DNA of 64,000 nucleotides from Eledone cirrhosa (taxonomy: Eukaryota). Shown here one piece after another: positions 61,546-64,000 of the stretch. The notes under the pieces were generated by a model. The model had not been told where the DNA came from, did no database searches, and saw nothing but the letters and a program-made list of their open reading frames with translations. The translations under genes were made by a program, and so were the position numbers. Where the stretch lies: positions 75,330,001 to 75,394,000 of the forward strand of contig OZ024744.1 of the NCBI GenBank assembly GCA_964016885.1, read 5' to 3'. Position 1 is the first letter of the stretch, and each line of letters begins with the position of its first letter.

Positions 61546-64000
61546 GTCATGATGAGAGGGGGTGATGACGGTGATGATGAGGGGGTCGGGGTGATGACGG
61601 TCATGGTGAGGGGAGGGGTGATGATGGTGATGATGAGGGGGTCGGGGGTGACGATGATGATGATGAGGAGGATGATGTGGGTGTGATTATGATCATTATC
61701 ATTATATTGATTGTTGTGGTAGTGGTGGTGATGGTGGTGGTGATGGTGGTGGTGATGGTGGTGATGGTGGTAGTGGTGGTGGTAGTGGTGGGGATGGTGG
61801 TGGTGATGGTGGTGGTGATGGTGGTGATGGTGGTAGTGGTGGTGGTAGTGGTGGTGATGGTGGTGGTGATGGTGGTGGTGATGGTGGTGATGGTGGTAGT
61901 GGTGGTGGTAGTGGTGGGGATGGTGGTGGTGATGGTGGTGACGGTGGTAGTGGTGGTGGTGGTGGTGCTGTGGTGGTAGTGGTGGTGATGGTGGTGGTGA
62001 TGGTGGTGACGGTGGTAGTGGTGGTGGTGGTGGTGCTGTTGTGGTAGTGGTGGTGGTGGTGGTAGTGGTGGTGATGGTGGTAGTGGTGGTAGTGGTGGTG
62101 GTGGTAGTGGTGGTGATGGTGGTGGTGATGGTGGTGATGGTGGTAGTGGTGGTGGTAGTGGTGGTGATGGTGGTGGTGATGGTGGTGACGGTGGTAGTGG
62201 TAGTGGTGGTGGTGGTGCTGTGGTGGTAGTGGTGGTGATGGTGGTGGTGATGGTGGTGACGGTGGTAGTGGTGGTGGTGGTGGTGCTGTGGTAGTGGTGG
62301 TGGTGGTGGTGGTGATGGTGGTGATGGTGGTAGTGGTGGTGGTAGTGGTGGTGATGGTGGTGGTGATGGTGGTGACGGTGGTAGTGGTGGTGGTGGTGGT
62401 GCTGTGGTGGTAGTGGTGGTGATGGTGGTGGTGATGGTGGTGACGGTGGTAGTGGTGGTGATGGTGGTGGTGATGGTGGTGACGGTGGTAGTGGTGGTGG
62501 TGGTGCTGTTGTGGTAGTGGTGGTGGTGGTGGTGGTGGTGGTAGTGGTGGTGATGGTGGTAGTGGTGGTAGTGGTGGTGGTAGTGGTGGTGATGGTGGTG
62601 ATGGTGGTAGTGGTGGTGGTAGTGGTGGTGATGGTGGTGGTGATGGTGGTGACGGTGGTAGTGGTGGTGGTGCTGTGGTGGTAGTGGTGGTGGTGGTGGT
62701 GGTGACGGTGGTAGTGGTGGTGGTGGTGGTGGTGGTAGTGGTGGTGATGGTGGTAGTGGTGGTAGTGGTGGTGATGGTGGTGGTGATGGTGGTAGTGGTG
62801 GTAGTGGTGGTGGTAGTGGTGATGGTGGTGACGGTGGTAGTGGTGATGGTGGTGGTGGTAGTGGTGGTGGTGCTGTTGTGGTAGTGGTGGTGGTGGTGGT
62901 GGTAGTGGTGGTGATGGTGGTGGTGGTGATGGTGGTAGTGGTGGTGGTGGTGATGTTGTAGTGGTGGTGGTGGTGGTGGTGGTGGTGGTAGTGGTGGTGA
63001 TGGTGGTAGTGGTGGTGGTGGTGGTTGTAGTGGTGGTGATGGTGGTGGTGATGGTGGTAGTGGTGATGGTGGTGGTGGTGATGTTGTGGTAGTGGTGGTG
63101 GTGGTGGTGGTCGTAGTGGTGGTGATAGTGGTGGTGGTGATGGTGGTAGTGGTGGTGGTGGTGATGTTGTGGTAGTGGTGGTGGTGGTGGTGGTGGTGGT
63201 GGTAGTGGTGGTGATGGTGGTAGTGGTGGTGGTGGTGGTATTAGTGGTGGTGATGGTGGTGGTGATGGTGGTGACGGTGGTAGTGGTGGTGGTGGTGGTG
63301 CTGTTGTGGTAGTGGTGGTGATGGTGGTGGTGATGGTGGTGACGGTGGTAGTGGTGGTGGTGGTGGTGGTGGTGCTGTAGTGGTAGTGGTGGTGATGGTG
63401 GTGGTGATGGTGGTAGTGGTGATGGTGGTGGTGGTGGTGGTGGTGCTGTTGTTGTAGTGGTGGTGGTGGTGGTGGTGGTAGTGGTGGTGATGGTGGTGGT
63501 GATGGTGGTGATGGTGGTAGTGGTGGTGGTGGTGATGTTGTGGTAGTGGTGGTGGTGGTGGTGGTAGTGGTGGTGATGGTGGTGGTGATGGTGGTGATGG
63601 TGGTAGTGGTGGTGGTGGTGGTGGTGGTGGTGGTGGTGGTGGTGGCGGTGGTGGTGGTGGTGATGGTGGTGGTGATGGTGGTGATGGTGGTAGTGGTGGT
63701 GGTGGTGGTTGGGTGGTAGTTGTGGTGATGGGGATGGTGATGGTGGTGATGGTGGTAGTGGTGGTGGTGCTGATGGGGGGGGGGGGGTAGTGGCAGTGGT
63801 GGTGGTGTTGTGGTAGTGGTGGTCGTGGTGATGGTGGCGGTGATGGTAGTGGTGGTGATGGTGGTGATGATGATGGTGATGGTGGTAGTGGTGGTGGTGG
63901 TGCTGTTGTGGTAGTGGTGGTGGTGCTGGTGGCGGCGGTGATGGTGGTGGTGATAGTGGTGGTCTTGGTAGTGGTGAGGACGGTGGTAGTGGTATTGGTG
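60340..64000. repeat. Low-complexity trinucleotide region; (GGT)/(GAT)/(AGT) array from ~61715 to window end
   Basis: Direct reading. Confidence 0.97.

Overview
This is a gene-free, repeat-saturated eukaryotic window with no host protein-coding gene supported. The AT-richness, microsatellite load and SINE types resemble octopus/cephalopod DNA (recognition from memory, not verified). Bases 1-24,300 are a nested stack of non-LTR retrotransposons joined at (ATT)n/(TAA)n tracts. It holds three Tx1-type (L1 group, APE+RT) LINEs on +, one with an intact 1139-aa ORF2, and four R4/Dong-type (RT+RLE) copies on -, one interrupted only by a 1-nt homopolymer frameshift, plus tRNA-derived SINEs. The rest holds a decayed autonomous Helitron, RTE and CRE-clade LINE remnants, hAT and Tc1/mariner MITEs, further SINE copies, (TA)n-embedded foldback repeats, several with minimal hammerhead-ribozyme motifs (Penelope-like), and large trinucleotide arrays. 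Main observation: the SINE and the Tx1 LINE end in the same 3' module, a short stem with a CUUGU loop, then AGAAA(C/T) and an (ATT)n tail. The stem shows compensatory changes, suggesting a stringent SINE/Tx1 partnership whose tails also create the insertion site for Dong-type elements.
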